DNA from: Patescibacteria group bacterium
GTDB taxonomy: Bacteria; Patescibacteriota; Patescibacteriia; Patescibacteriales; JBAZCA01
Direction of reading: 5' to 3'
Assembly (NCBI GenBank): GCA_041661505.1
Contig: JBAZUF010000006.1
Span: 311-64,310, forward strand
DNA length: 64,000 nt
Part shown: positions 54,064-63,543 of the stretch, piece after piece
Position numbering within the stretch: position 1 is the first letter of the stretch
How the letters are laid out: every line of letters begins with the position of its first letter
Notes under the pieces: model-generated
Told to the model about the DNA's origin: nothing
What the model saw: the letters and a program-made list of their open reading frames with translations, nothing else
Databases searched by the model: none
Made by a program: the position numbers and the translations under genes

Positions 54064-54432
54064 TTATCGGCTGGCTTTGCGCGCTCCGGCTTCGTCCGAG
54101 CCGAAGTGATGGGCAATTTCATGCTTAATGGTATTGCTAATCATCATTCTTAATTCTTTTTCGTTTTTGGATTCATGCAGTATCGCGTATTTAAAAAGCG
54201 TAATCCGGTCGGGCAATACCGCGCCTAAATTACGGCGGCTCGATTGATGATAGCCTTCGTAAAGGCCGAACAAAAAATAACCGCGCCCCAGCCGGAATTT
54301 TTTTTCTTGATCCGGAGTCGGATAATCCTCAATTAAAAAAGCCACATTATTCGTTTTACTGATAACTTCCTCCGGCAGGCTATCCAGCTCTTCTTTTACT
54401 ATTTTTTCAAAATCTTCTGATGACAAGTTCAT
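54064..54432 (-). CDS. minimal zinc metallopeptidase-family protein (HExxH)
   Basis: HEIAHHFG, plus the conserved LPDRITLF pattern of the small zincin-like family. Confidence 0.7.
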   Translation of the reverse strand: MNLSSEDFEKIVKEELDSLPEEVISKTNNVAFLIEDYPTPDQEKKFRLGRGYFLFGLYEGYHQSSRRNLGAVLPDRITLFKYAILHESKNEKELRMMISNTIKHEIAHHFGSDEAGARKASR

Positions 54433-54547
54433 ATTTTCCCGCTTATTTCACCCCAGTAAAAATAATACCATTTTGCGAGGAATTTACAACTACTTGATTC
54501 CATAATCCGATACTCCAATACTCTAAAATTCCAATAAAATCAAAGAA

Positions 54548-54573
54548 AAGCCGCCAGGTAGGTTTGGCGGCTT
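54548..54573 (-). terminator. intrinsic terminator of the yhhQ-response regulator unit
   Basis: AAGCCGCCA pairs with TGGCGGCTT. On the minus strand it is followed by TTTTCTTTG. Confidence 0.75.
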
Positions 54574-54631
54574 AAAAGTGCTTGTTTTATGGAGCTGTAT
54601 GAGTCATTCGCTCAATTACGGACTACGTAAC

Positions 54632-54997
54632 TTATTGCGATTCTCCATTTGTTATGCTCAATATCATTTCATTGAGCTGATTTACGTCATACGGCTTGGG
54701 TAAAAAACCGTCTGCTCCGGCCTCGAGGCATTGGATTTTCACTTCATCACAATTAGATCCGCTCGTAAGTATGTGCTTGATACCGGGATACCTATCCGCG
54801 CAGTATCTTACGAAATCGGTTCCCCTCATCCCCGGCAGATTCAAATCGCAAATTGCAAGCTGAAAAATGGCTTTTTTCAATTCTTGCAAAGCATCTTCCG
54901 CCGATCTGAATCCAACAGACTCCCACCCGAAAATCTCGAGCATTTCGATAATCAATTCCCGAATTGCGGCTTCGTCTTCGATCACCAGGATTTTCAT
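54632..54997 (-). CDS. stand-alone response regulator receiver domain (CheY-like)
   Basis: Motifs ILVIEDE, phospho-acceptor context LAICDLNLPG, and TSG...KPY. No output domain and no kinase nearby. Confidence 0.85.
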   Translation of the reverse strand: MKILVIEDEAAIRELIIEMLEIFGWESVGFRSAEDALQELKKAIFQLAICDLNLPGMRGTDFVRYCADRYPGIKHILTSGSNCDEVKIQCLEAGADGFLPKPYDVNQLNEMILSITNGESQ

Positions 54998-55018
54998 TTT
55001 TCCCCTCCTTCGCGAGCG

Positions 55019-55639
55019 TTAGATTTCTTCTGTTTCAACCTGTTTGGGCATGAATTTGATGGCGGGCGACGAAACTAAACTGATAACGGCTTTCACTAAT
55101 ATATTGGCAACCATTATTTCCATAACAGTCGAGATCGGCAAGACTCCTAAAAAAGCGATTAGGCTGAAGATCGCGCTGTCGATTACCAGCGCAACCGTAT
55201 TTGAAATGAGCACTGCTAATATATCGTTTAGCCGGCGATAAACCATGCTAAAAATTTCCGTATCGGCCAATTCTGATAATACCTGGGCGATTACGCTGGC
55301 GATGGAAATACGGAAAACCGGCATCAAAATATTTTGGTAATCATTTTGATAAAGCCAGGCCGGATCCGGAGCCATCTTCCCTGCCAGCCAAAAAAACAAG
55401 AAGGCCAAAAGGCTGAAGGCGGCGGCGGATACGACGACCACCCGAGAATTCTTTTTCCCGCAGGTTTTATGGACAAGATCCCTTAAAGTAAAAGTTATCG
55501 GATATATAATAGTACCAGCGTCCATCGATAAGTGGACGAGGGGCAAAACCGTAATTTTGGTTGATAAAACATTAGCGATAATTTGCGCGGAGGTATAAGC
55601 TGACGCGCTCACTAAAGCCAGGCTTAATTTTTTGTCCAT
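55019..55639 (-). CDS. yhhQ: queuosine-precursor transporter family (YhhQ/VUT, DUF165)
   Basis: Six-TM profile. The IIYPITFTLRDLVHK motif resembles the YhhQ pattern FP.TF...D. Confidence 0.7.
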   Translation of the reverse strand: MDKKLSLALVSASAYTSAQIIANVLSTKITVLPLVHLSMDAGTIIYPITFTLRDLVHKTCGKKNSRVVVVSAAAFSLLAFLFFWLAGKMAPDPAWLYQNDYQNILMPVFRISIASVIAQVLSELADTEIFSMVYRRLNDILAVLISNTVALVIDSAIFSLIAFLGVLPISTVMEIMVANILVKAVISLVSSPAIKFMPKQVETEEI

Positions 55640-55825
55640 AAAATAATTGATAGCATGTTCTAGAAAGTCATGGATATATCTTATCTATTTAATTATTTTA
55701 ATGCAAATGAGGACGAAAGCAGGGACGACTAACGGGCTTGACACGCGGATTAGTTAATTGATAAACTATTTTAATCTTTATAAAAAACTGCGAACTCGGG
55801 TCATTTACAAAAAGCCCGGCTAGGT

Positions 55826-56392
55826 ATGAAGAAATCTCCCTTTATGCACCCCTTAAAAGACAAATCAATAGCTAAGCTGGTGGTATTTACCGCTACCCGG
55901 CTGGAACAATTCGCCAATACTTATGTATTAAAACCGATGGGCCTTACTACCACGGCGATTAAAATCATGGGGATTTTGTATTACCGCGGCCCCCTTACCC
56001 CGACCGATATTCTCAAGTTAATCGGCGGGACAAAGTCCAACGTTACCCAGCGCCTTAATTTCTTAGAAAAGAGCGGATTTATTAAGCGCCAGGCTCCACG
56101 AAAAAAAACGGCAGATGATAAAAGAAAAAAAATGATTGAACTTACTGGCGGAGGAAAAAGAAAACTTGTCTTGGCTTACGAATTGGTGAATGACAAAAGC
56201 CTGGATTTGGAAAAAAGTTTTACCAAAGCCGAATGCCGGCTTTTCTACGAATACTTAGTTAAAACCAATTTACTTATTTATAACGTTGAAAAGGAATACC
56301 TGAAATTAAACCCAAGAAATTGCCGCTCTGATGATTTACTAAAAGAGATCTGCGGGCTTAAACAAAAAAACTGCCGAAATTTTTTAAACTAA
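55826..56392 (+). CDS. MarR-family transcriptional regulator
   Basis: Winged-helix segment LTPTDILKLIGGTKSNVTQRLNFLEKSGFIKR. Confidence 0.75.
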   Translation: MKKSPFMHPLKDKSIAKLVVFTATRLEQFANTYVLKPMGLTTTAIKIMGILYYRGPLTPTDILKLIGGTKSNVTQRLNFLEKSGFIKRQAPRKKTADDKRKKMIELTGGGKRKLVLAYELVNDKSLDLEKSFTKAECRLFYEYLVKTNLLIYNVEKEYLKLNPRNCRSDDLLKEICGLKQKNCRNFLN

Positions 56393-56405
56393 TAAAAAAA
56401 CATAT

Positions 56406-58364
56406 ATGAAAAAATTAAACAACAAATACATAAAAATAGCCGCCTTGATTTTACTTTTAGGCGCGGGTTTTGCCGCCGTATCTTTTTTTGGTAAAACCGT
56501 TGCCGACGAGGGCGTAAAGGAAGCAAACGCACCGCTGGCTGTAACCGCCCAGACGATAAAAGAATCTGACAGCCTAAAAGAAAACCTGGAGTATTCAGCC
56601 ATTGTATCGGGCGACCAGGAAGCGAAAATTTTCGCCAAGACCTCGGGCAACGCCAAAGAGGTTAATTTCAAGGTTGGGGATAAAGTTAAGATGGGCGCGC
56701 TGTTGGTAAGGATTGACGAGCCGGGGGCTAATGTTTCGGGCCAGGGTTTTAATTCAGCCCAGGTCAAGCAAGCCCAAATTTCCGCCTCGCAGGCCTACGC
56801 CTCTTACGAGATGGCCAGGACTAATTATCAGAACACCCTAAATTCTTCCCAAAAAGATTTGGCCCAGGCCCGAATCGCCCGCGACCAGGCAAGGACCGGA
56901 ACCGGCAATACTAACCTAACAATTGAAGAAAGCCTGAAAGCGTCCCAAATCGCTTATGATACGGCTAAAGAGGCGGCCGAGCAGGCCCGGCTGGCTTTGG
57001 AAAACCGCAAAAAAATATCCGGCCAATCGGAAATCGATATGAACGTTAACGCCGATACTGCCGTAGATACGGCCGCCGATACCTGCAACTCGGTTATCAC
57101 TTCAATTAATAACATCACTTCCCTGGACGATAATAATATTATTTCTTTAAGTTATAAATCACAGCTTGGGGCCCTGGACGTAAGCGTTATTTCCGCGGCT
57201 AAGAAGAACTATATTACCGCCCAAACCGCCAACCAAAAATATATTTCCACTAATTTTAACGGCATCAATAGTAAAATCTCCGCGGCCCTGGATTTGGCGC
57301 AGGAAACAAAGAAGTTGGCGGATAGCGTTAAAATCCTTCTTGACAAGACTGTTCCTACCGCCGAACTGCCCCAAACTTCCCTGACCGGGTCATCTCTTTC
57401 TTCCCTCCAATCGGCCGTGTCCAGTTATCAGTCCCTAGCTAACGGCGCCATCTCCCAGATTAACGGCGCCAAACAGTCCCTAACTAATACTCCTTTGAAT
57501 AACACCGCCGCTTTGGATGCTTTGCAAAAAGCTTATGACCTGGCGAAAAAGCAGGAAGCCCAGGCCGCTCAAAGCTTAAATAATCTGAAAGCGGGCAATA
57601 AATCGCAAATTGACTCGGCTGGTTTTGGACAAAAATCGGCGGAAAATCAATACGAAGCGGCTAAAATCCGGCTGGATTCGCAGATTTCTATGGCTAAAAG
57701 CCAAATGGATATTAGCGAATTCCAGTACCAAAACGCGGTCCAGGGCTTGCAAAGCCTTTATGACATCCATCTGGCTACGGCCGCGATTGACGGGACTATA
57801 ACCCAAAAATTCGTTAACCAGGGCGAGGCAGTCTCTCAAGGCCAGCTCTTAGCCGTTGTCAGCCAGCCGGAAAAAGTTAAACTCACTTTCTATACTGATC
57901 AGGATAACCTGCCTTACTTTACGCTCGGACAGGCCGCCATAATTAAGGACGCCCAAGGCAACTCTTATCCGGGAAAGGTAACGAGTATTACTCCGCAGGC
58001 CGATAGCCTTACCAAGCGGTTTATGATTGAAGTTCGCCCGGACCAGACTGACGGCCAGCCAGGCAATAAAGAATCGAACACTTTTGTTCTAGGTACGGTT
58101 ATGGACATAGTCGTCCCGATTACCAAGAAAGCCAAAACCGCCGGTACCGCCATTCTTCCCCTGTCGGCTATCGAGGTCGGCCAAAGCGGCAATTATATTT
58201 TTTACATTGAAGAGGCTAAAGCCAAAAAAATTAAAATTGAAATCGTAAAAGTCGAAGGTGAAAACGCCGAAGTGAAGATTGGACTGCCCGAAGAGACTCT
58301 AATCGTCGTTGACGGCAATAAATTAATCCATGAAGGCGACCCGGTAACAGTTAAAGAAAAATAA
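56406..58364 (+). CDS. efflux adaptor (HlyD/MFP family) with a very long coiled-coil hairpin
   Basis: N-terminal anchor, biotinyl-lipoyl-like halves (KVGDKVKMGALLVRID ... IDGTITQKFVNQGEAV), and about 330 aa of coiled coil between them. Confidence 0.75.
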   Translation: MKKLNNKYIKIAALILLLGAGFAAVSFFGKTVADEGVKEANAPLAVTAQTIKESDSLKENLEYSAIVSGDQEAKIFAKTSGNAKEVNFKVGDKVKMGALLVRIDEPGANVSGQGFNSAQVKQAQISASQAYASYEMARTNYQNTLNSSQKDLAQARIARDQARTGTGNTNLTIEESLKASQIAYDTAKEAAEQARLALENRKKISGQSEIDMNVNADTAVDTAADTCNSVITSINNITSLDDNNIISLSYKSQLGALDVSVISAAKKNYITAQTANQKYISTNFNGINSKISAALDLAQETKKLADSVKILLDKTVPTAELPQTSLTGSSLSSLQSAVSSYQSLANGAISQINGAKQSLTNTPLNNTAALDALQKAYDLAKKQEAQAAQSLNNLKAGNKSQIDSAGFGQKSAENQYEAAKIRLDSQISMAKSQMDISEFQYQNAVQGLQSLYDIHLATAAIDGTITQKFVNQGEAVSQGQLLAVVSQPEKVKLTFYTDQDNLPYFTLGQAAIIKDAQGNSYPGKVTSITPQADSLTKRFMIEVRPDQTDGQPGNKESNTFVLGTVMDIVVPITKKAKTAGTAILPLSAIEVGQSGNYIFYIEEAKAKKIKIEIVKVEGENAEVKIGLPEETLIVVDGNKLIHEGDPVTVKEK

Positions 58365-58382
58365 TTTAATCTCAAAATTTCT

Positions 58383-61300
58383 ATGAACGACCAGAACAAT
58401 AATAATATGATTTTATTGCCGGGGCCGAAAAAAGAGCCGGGCGCCGGCGGGCAAGGAAGCGCGGAAAGCCAAAATCATAAATCTTCCGACCATCTCTATC
58501 TGAAAAAACTGGAATTCCGGCCTGAACTAAGAAAAAGCTGGCTTAATTTTTTTATCGTCAATTTCCGCGTGGTAATACTAATGATTATCCTGATTTCGAT
58601 GTGGGGAATTTACTCGTTCATGAGCCTGCCGCGGGAATCCAACCCGGAAGTTAAAATTCCGATCGCCGTTATCGTAACCACCTATCCCGGAGTCGGGCCG
58701 TCGGACATAGAGGAATTGGTAACAAAAAAAATTGAGTCCGGCATCTCGGGCATCTCGGGCATCGATACCATTTCTTCCAAATCTTCTAACTCATTATCCG
58801 CCGTAACGGTAGAGTTCGGGGCAAAAGAAGACTTAGACGACTCGCTTAGAAAATTGCGCGACCAGGTCAATAGCATAAAAAATGAATTGCCCGAGGACTC
58901 AAACGACCCAATAGTCCAGGAAATCTCCTTTGACGACCAGCCGATTTTAACTCTAGCTTTAACCGGCCCTCATGACGGCCTTACTTTAAGGAAATTCGCC
59001 GATAATTTAAAAGATGAACTGGAAAAAGTTCCGGGAGCGCGCGAAGTAAACGTTTCCGGCGGCGACGAGCTTGAATTTGAAGTGGCTTATGACCCACAAA
59101 AACTAACTTTTTACAGCATAACGCCCGACCAGGCTAACCAAATAATCGCCGCTACTAACTTAGCCTTTCCGTCAGGGACTTTTAAAGGCACCCAGTATAA
59201 TTATCCGGTCCGGACTGATTCCCGCTTCTTTGACGCGAAGAAGCTCGCCAATCTCCCGATTTTCCATACGCCGGAGGGAGCGATTGTTTATTTGCGCGAT
59301 ATTGCCGAAGTAAAAGAAAAATCAATTGAGCGCTCGGTATTTTCAAGATTCTCAATCGGCGACCAGGCGCCCCAGGAAGCGGTAACCATTTCGGTCGTTA
59401 AAAAAACCGGCGGTTCAATTTTGGATACTGTCGATCAATCGAAAAAAATACTGGAAGAGGAAGTGCCGAAGCTGGAAGGGGCGAAATACGATACGATTGT
59501 CGATATGGCTAAGTATATCCGGATGGACTTTGACCAGTTGACGCATGACTTTATTTTGACTTTGATATTGGTTTTTATCATCCTGTTTCTAATCGTCGGA
59601 ATGAAAGAGGCTTTAGTCGCCGGCCTGGCCATCCCCTTAGTATTCTTCGTCAGTTTCGGCGTTATGCTTTCAACCGGCCTGACCCTGAATTTTTTATCGA
59701 TTTTTTCCTTGATTTTATCTTTAGGGCTATTGGTGGATGACGCGATTGTCGTTGTTTCCGCTACCAAGCAGTATTTAAGAACTGGAAAATTCACCCCGGA
59801 AGAGGCCGTACTCCTTGTATTAAACGACTTTAAAGTAGTTTTAACAACGACTACCCTAACTACGGTTTGGGCTTTTTTACCCTTGATTTCCGCTTCTGGA
59901 ATTATCGGAGAGTTTATTAAATCCATCCCGATTACCGTGTCCGTCACTTTGATCGCTTCCCTATTAATCGCTTTAATGATTAACCACCCTTTAGCCGCGG
60001 TGCTGGAGAGGGTAAGGCTGACGCGCAACATGTTCTTTTTCTATATCGCCTCTCTCTTTGGCTTGGCCGCTGTTTTAGCGTTCCAGGGGAAAATACTATT
60101 CTATTTTTTTGCTGTGCTTCCTTTTGCCGCCGCCCTCCTAATTATCCGCTGGTACCGCGCGGACGGAAAAGATAAACTTTTGGCTAACGAAACTCGGGTA
60201 AAGGAGGAATGGAAAGACGACGATCTGATTAAGGGCAAGTTAAAGCGGGCCGGAGAGGATCGCGCGGGAAAAAGCCTGTGGAAGCGCGTCCAGCACGGAA
60301 TAGTAAATTTCAATTCCGTTCTTCCGATATATGAAAAATATTTAAGGAAAATTATTGAAAGTAAAAAGCGCCGGTGGCAGATTATGGGCGCGGTCTTCGG
60401 CATGTTTGTTGCCGCCTGCCTTTTGCCCGCTACCGGCATCGTCCCGATGGAATTCTTCCCGGCTTCAGACCAGGAATTCATCTATATTAATTTTCGCGCT
60501 CCGACCGGGCTGGCATTAGCTAAAACTAACGGCATCATAGCCAATGTTGAAAAGAAGCTACTGGAAATTCCCGAAATCGACAATTTTTCGACCATTGTCG
60601 GCCAGCAGGGCGCGGGCGGCGATTTTGCCATCGGCCTTTCTTCCTCTTCGCATCTCGGTTCAATTACGATTACCCTTTCCGATCCGGACGACCGCGAACG
60701 GACATCTTATGAAATCGCCGAAATCTTAAGGAAAGATTTGGTAAAAATCTCTGAAGCCGAAATTACGGTTTCCACTCCGTCCGGCGGTCCCCCGTCCGGT
60801 TCGGCCTTTGAAGCCCAAATTATAGGCGATGATTTGCAGGCGCTTGATAAAATCGCCAACGAATTAAAACCGGTTTTAGCTTCAATTCCGGGCGTGGTGA
60901 ATGCTGATGTTTCCCTAAAGGATTCTCCGGCCGAATATACTTTTTCCCTTGATCCGGCCCGGCTTGAGTTGTATAACTTAAACGCCGCTTATGTCGGCTC
61001 AACCTTAAGAATGGCTATTTCGGGGAGCGAGATAACTAAAATTATCCGCGATGGCAAGGAAATAAAGATTATGGCCAGGTTTAACAAAGACCGCCTGCCG
61101 ACGCTTGAAGCCGTCCAAAATATCCAGATACTAAATCTGCAAAAACAGCCGGTTTTCTTAAAAGACGTGGCGAAGATAGAATTAAAGCCTTCGGTTGATT
61201 CAATTTCCCGAATTGACCAGAAGCGCGTGGTATTATTGTCCGCCGATGCCGCCGGAAAAACTCGCCCGGCCGCGATTTTGTCCGAGTTCCAGAAAAAAAT

Positions 61301-61859
61301 TAAAGATGATTATAAATTACCGGCCGGTTATTCGATTACTTACGGCGGCGAGAACGAAGAAAACGCCGAATCAGTCCTTTCAATACTGCGGGCTATGGTG
61401 ATTGCCGGGCTGTTAATTATTTCCACCCTAATTATCCAATTTAACTCCTTTAAGAAAGCGGCTATTGTCTTAATCGCCATTCCTTTAGCCTTAATCGGCG
61501 TATTTTTCGGATTGGCGATTATGCGGATCAACTTAAGTTTCCCCGGATTGATCGGCATCCTGGCTCTCTTCGGCATTGTGGTAAAAAACGCGATTATCCT
61601 TATTGATAAAATTAACTTAAATTTAAAAAGCCAAATCCCTTTTACTGACGCGGTCGTTGACGCCGGCAAATCCCGGCTGGAAGCGATTTTTATCACTTCT
61701 ATCTGTACGGTTATCGGCATTATTCCGATTACCCTTTCCAATGAATTGTGGATGGCTTTGGGAACGGCGATTATCTTCGGCTTGATGCTCTCCTCCTTTA
61801 TGACCCTGTTTATGGTGCCAATCCTCTTTGCCGCCTTCGTAAAAGATCCGAATCAATAA
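58383..61859 (+). CDS. RND-family efflux permease (AcrB/AcrD/AcrF superfamily)
   Basis: 1158 aa with a 12-TM, two-large-loop architecture. Motifs SIFSLILSLGLLVDDAIVV and GLIGILALFGIVVKNAI. Confidence 0.9.
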   Translation: MNDQNNNNMILLPGPKKEPGAGGQGSAESQNHKSSDHLYLKKLEFRPELRKSWLNFFIVNFRVVILMIILISMWGIYSFMSLPRESNPEVKIPIAVIVTTYPGVGPSDIEELVTKKIESGISGISGIDTISSKSSNSLSAVTVEFGAKEDLDDSLRKLRDQVNSIKNELPEDSNDPIVQEISFDDQPILTLALTGPHDGLTLRKFADNLKDELEKVPGAREVNVSGGDELEFEVAYDPQKLTFYSITPDQANQIIAATNLAFPSGTFKGTQYNYPVRTDSRFFDAKKLANLPIFHTPEGAIVYLRDIAEVKEKSIERSVFSRFSIGDQAPQEAVTISVVKKTGGSILDTVDQSKKILEEEVPKLEGAKYDTIVDMAKYIRMDFDQLTHDFILTLILVFIILFLIVGMKEALVAGLAIPLVFFVSFGVMLSTGLTLNFLSIFSLILSLGLLVDDAIVVVSATKQYLRTGKFTPEEAVLLVLNDFKVVLTTTTLTTVWAFLPLISASGIIGEFIKSIPITVSVTLIASLLIALMINHPLAAVLERVRLTRNMFFFYIASLFGLAAVLAFQGKILFYFFAVLPFAAALLIIRWYRADGKDKLLANETRVKEEWKDDDLIKGKLKRAGEDRAGKSLWKRVQHGIVNFNSVLPIYEKYLRKIIESKKRRWQIMGAVFGMFVAACLLPATGIVPMEFFPASDQEFIYINFRAPTGLALAKTNGIIANVEKKLLEIPEIDNFSTIVGQQGAGGDFAIGLSSSSHLGSITITLSDPDDRERTSYEIAEILRKDLVKISEAEITVSTPSGGPPSGSAFEAQIIGDDLQALDKIANELKPVLASIPGVVNADVSLKDSPAEYTFSLDPARLELYNLNAAYVGSTLRMAISGSEITKIIRDGKEIKIMARFNKDRLPTLEAVQNIQILNLQKQPVFLKDVAKIELKPSVDSISRIDQKRVVLLSADAAGKTRPAAILSEFQKKIKDDYKLPAGYSITYGGENEENAESVLSILRAMVIAGLLIISTLIIQFNSFKKAAIVLIAIPLALIGVFFGLAIMRINLSFPGLIGILALFGIVVKNAIILIDKINLNLKSQIPFTDAVVDAGKSRLEAIFITSICTVIGIIPITLSNELWMALGTAIIFGLMLSSFMTLFMVPILFAAFVKDPNQ

Positions 61860-61883
61860 AATGGATTTTGCTTAATATGACAA

Positions 61884-61917
61884 ATGGCCGCTCGGTTATC
61901 CGGCGGCCATTTTTTTC
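61884..61917 (+). terminator. intrinsic terminator of the efflux operon
   Basis: ATGGCCGC (61884-61891) pairs with GCGGCCAT (61903-61910), then T7. It overlaps the dinB stop codon. Confidence 0.8.
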
Positions 61918-63160
61918 ATTCTTCGCCCCTCTTAACACTAATACTCTTCCTAAAACCGATCCGGTCGCGGGCCAGATCGCCGGAATCAAACATGGTCCCG
62001 CGCACAATCGTATATTCGCCGTACTTATCGTTTAATTTATCCATGGCCCGGCTGACGCTTCTCGGCTTCAGATTGTCGTAAAAAAGATTAGCCTGGCCGG
62101 ATATTGGCGACAGCCGGAAAACCGATACGGCCAGCATCCTGACTGGCAGCAATATTTCAGTTTTCATGACAAAATCATGGATTGGATTAAAAATTTCCTC
62201 GGTAATATAAATCTTATCCCCGGGCGTAATCAATTTGTGCAGCCCGCCATCATAGATATAGCCGGCGTAAAAATTTATTTTCTGCGCTTCCAGCCCCAAA
62301 GCGCGCAAGCGCCGGCCGGTTTTTTCACAAAGTTTATGGATGATTTTTAGCAAATATTTTTTATCAGTAGTTTGCCTGGGAAGGCAATAAGAGTGGCCGA
62401 TGGATTTGGGCGGCGCATCTTCCGGATGTACTCGTGAAATTTCATGGCCATTTACGTTGGCCCAAAGATAATAGCCGCAGCTCCCGAGTTCCCTTTTTAT
62501 TTTTATCGGATCATAATTTTTAAGCTGGCCTAAATCATTAATCCCGATGGCTTTCAGCCGGCGTTCCATTGCGTTATTAATTCCCCAGGCGTCCTGCAGG
62601 TTCCGTCCGGCCAGGATGCTATCCAGGTTATTTTTATCTATTACCAGCAGGCTGTTTTTTGGCGCAATGTCGCCCGCGAATTTAGCTAAAAATTTTGTCC
62701 AGGATATGCCAATAGAACATTTCAGCCATTCGCCGACTTCATCTTTAATCCTGGCCCTCACTTCCAGCGCCACCTTTTCCGCCTGTTCATAATTCTTCAC
62801 CCATCCAGATAAGTCAAGAAACGCTTCATCAATACTATAAGGCTCGAGCGCATCAGAATACTCGGCTAAAATCCTAAATATCTTTTCCGTAGTTGAACGG
62901 TATTTAGCTGGTTCGTTTTCTAAAAGCACCAAACCAGGAACCAGCTTAAGTGCGTCCTTCACTCGAAAGCCGGTTTTAATACCCTTGGCCTTGGCTTCTG
63001 TCGAGGAAGCGATAATACAGCCGTTTGGCGACAAATAAGCGCAAACTCCGACCGCTTTTCCGCGCAAAAAAGGATTCGCCTGCTGTTCCACCGAGGCAAA
63101 ATAAGAGTTCATGTCGATGTGGAATATTATCGTGCTCAAATTTGACTTAACCTGAATCAT
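61916..63160 (-). CDS. dinB: Y-family DNA polymerase IV
   Basis: Motifs FHIDMNSYFASVEQ and SIDEAFLD. Confidence 0.9.
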   Translation of the reverse strand: MIQVKSNLSTIIFHIDMNSYFASVEQQANPFLRGKAVGVCAYLSPNGCIIASSTEAKAKGIKTGFRVKDALKLVPGLVLLENEPAKYRSTTEKIFRILAEYSDALEPYSIDEAFLDLSGWVKNYEQAEKVALEVRARIKDEVGEWLKCSIGISWTKFLAKFAGDIAPKNSLLVIDKNNLDSILAGRNLQDAWGINNAMERRLKAIGINDLGQLKNYDPIKIKRELGSCGYYLWANVNGHEISRVHPEDAPPKSIGHSYCLPRQTTDKKYLLKIIHKLCEKTGRRLRALGLEAQKINFYAGYIYDGGLHKLITPGDKIYITEEIFNPIHDFVMKTEILLPVRMLAVSVFRLSPISGQANLFYDNLKPRSVSRAMDKLNDKYGEYTIVRGTMFDSGDLARDRIGFRKSISVKRGEE

Positions 63161-63170
63161 ATGTCATATT
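63142..63170 (+). promoter_or_regulatory. putative promoter (TTGACT - 17 nt - CATATT) for the small membrane-protein gene
   Basis: Hexamers at 63142-63147 and 63165-63170. The predicted start near 63176-63177 coincides with the left arm of an inverted repeat. Confidence 0.4.
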
Positions 63171-63175
63171 GGCAA

Positions 63176-63426
63176 GTCGCAGTATCCCCGTATCAGGGAA
63201 ATATAGGAAGGGAGGTGATTTTAATGCTCCTTATCACAATAAATTTTTTCCTCGGCTGTTTAGCCGGAGGGGCCGGGGCCTACACTCTCGTAATCGGGCG
63301 CTTTGAAGCGTCCGGAGTTTTTAAATCGCCCATTTGGGGATGGGCGTTCCTATTAGCAGGAATTCTAATCCTGATGATAGGATGGAAAAAAATGATAAAA
63401 ATCAACTAAAAAAGGGGTACTGCGAC
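63176..63426. repeat. 13/14-nt inverted repeat bracketing the small ORF: GTCGCAGTAtCCCC (63176-63189) vs GGGGTACTGCGAC (63414-63426)
   Basis: Read directly. The right arm lies inside the terminator hairpin. Confidence 0.75.
63224..63409 (+). CDS. small two-TM membrane protein (61 aa)
   Basis: ATG 63224 is preceded by the SD GGGAGGTGA (63210-63218). Sequence MLLITINFFLGCLAGGAGAYTLVIG...WAFLLAGILILMIGW. The track ORF starts at 63161. Confidence 0.5.
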   Translation: MLLITINFFLGCLAGGAGAYTLVIGRFEASGVFKSPIWGWAFLLAGILILMIGWKKMIKIN

Positions 63427-63434
63427 ACCCTTTT
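63410..63434 (+). terminator. intrinsic terminator
   Basis: AAAAGGGGT-actgcg-ACACCCTTTT, immediately after the stop codon. Confidence 0.6.
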
Positions 63435-63543
63435 AATTTATATTATTCGCAATAACCTCTACTAAGAGGGCAAGAGTTAATCAAATACTATTTTAAGTAA
63501 AAATATTATCCTAAACCAAAAGTAAATTACTTGGCTAAAAAAA

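Noticed and set aside
55640-55825. preQ1 riboswitch upstream of yhhQ
   Set aside because: I could not find the preQ1-I/II/III consensus (a short stem followed by an A-rich tail pairing into the loop). I saw only a TTCTAGAA-centred palindrome and promoter-like AT-rich sequence.
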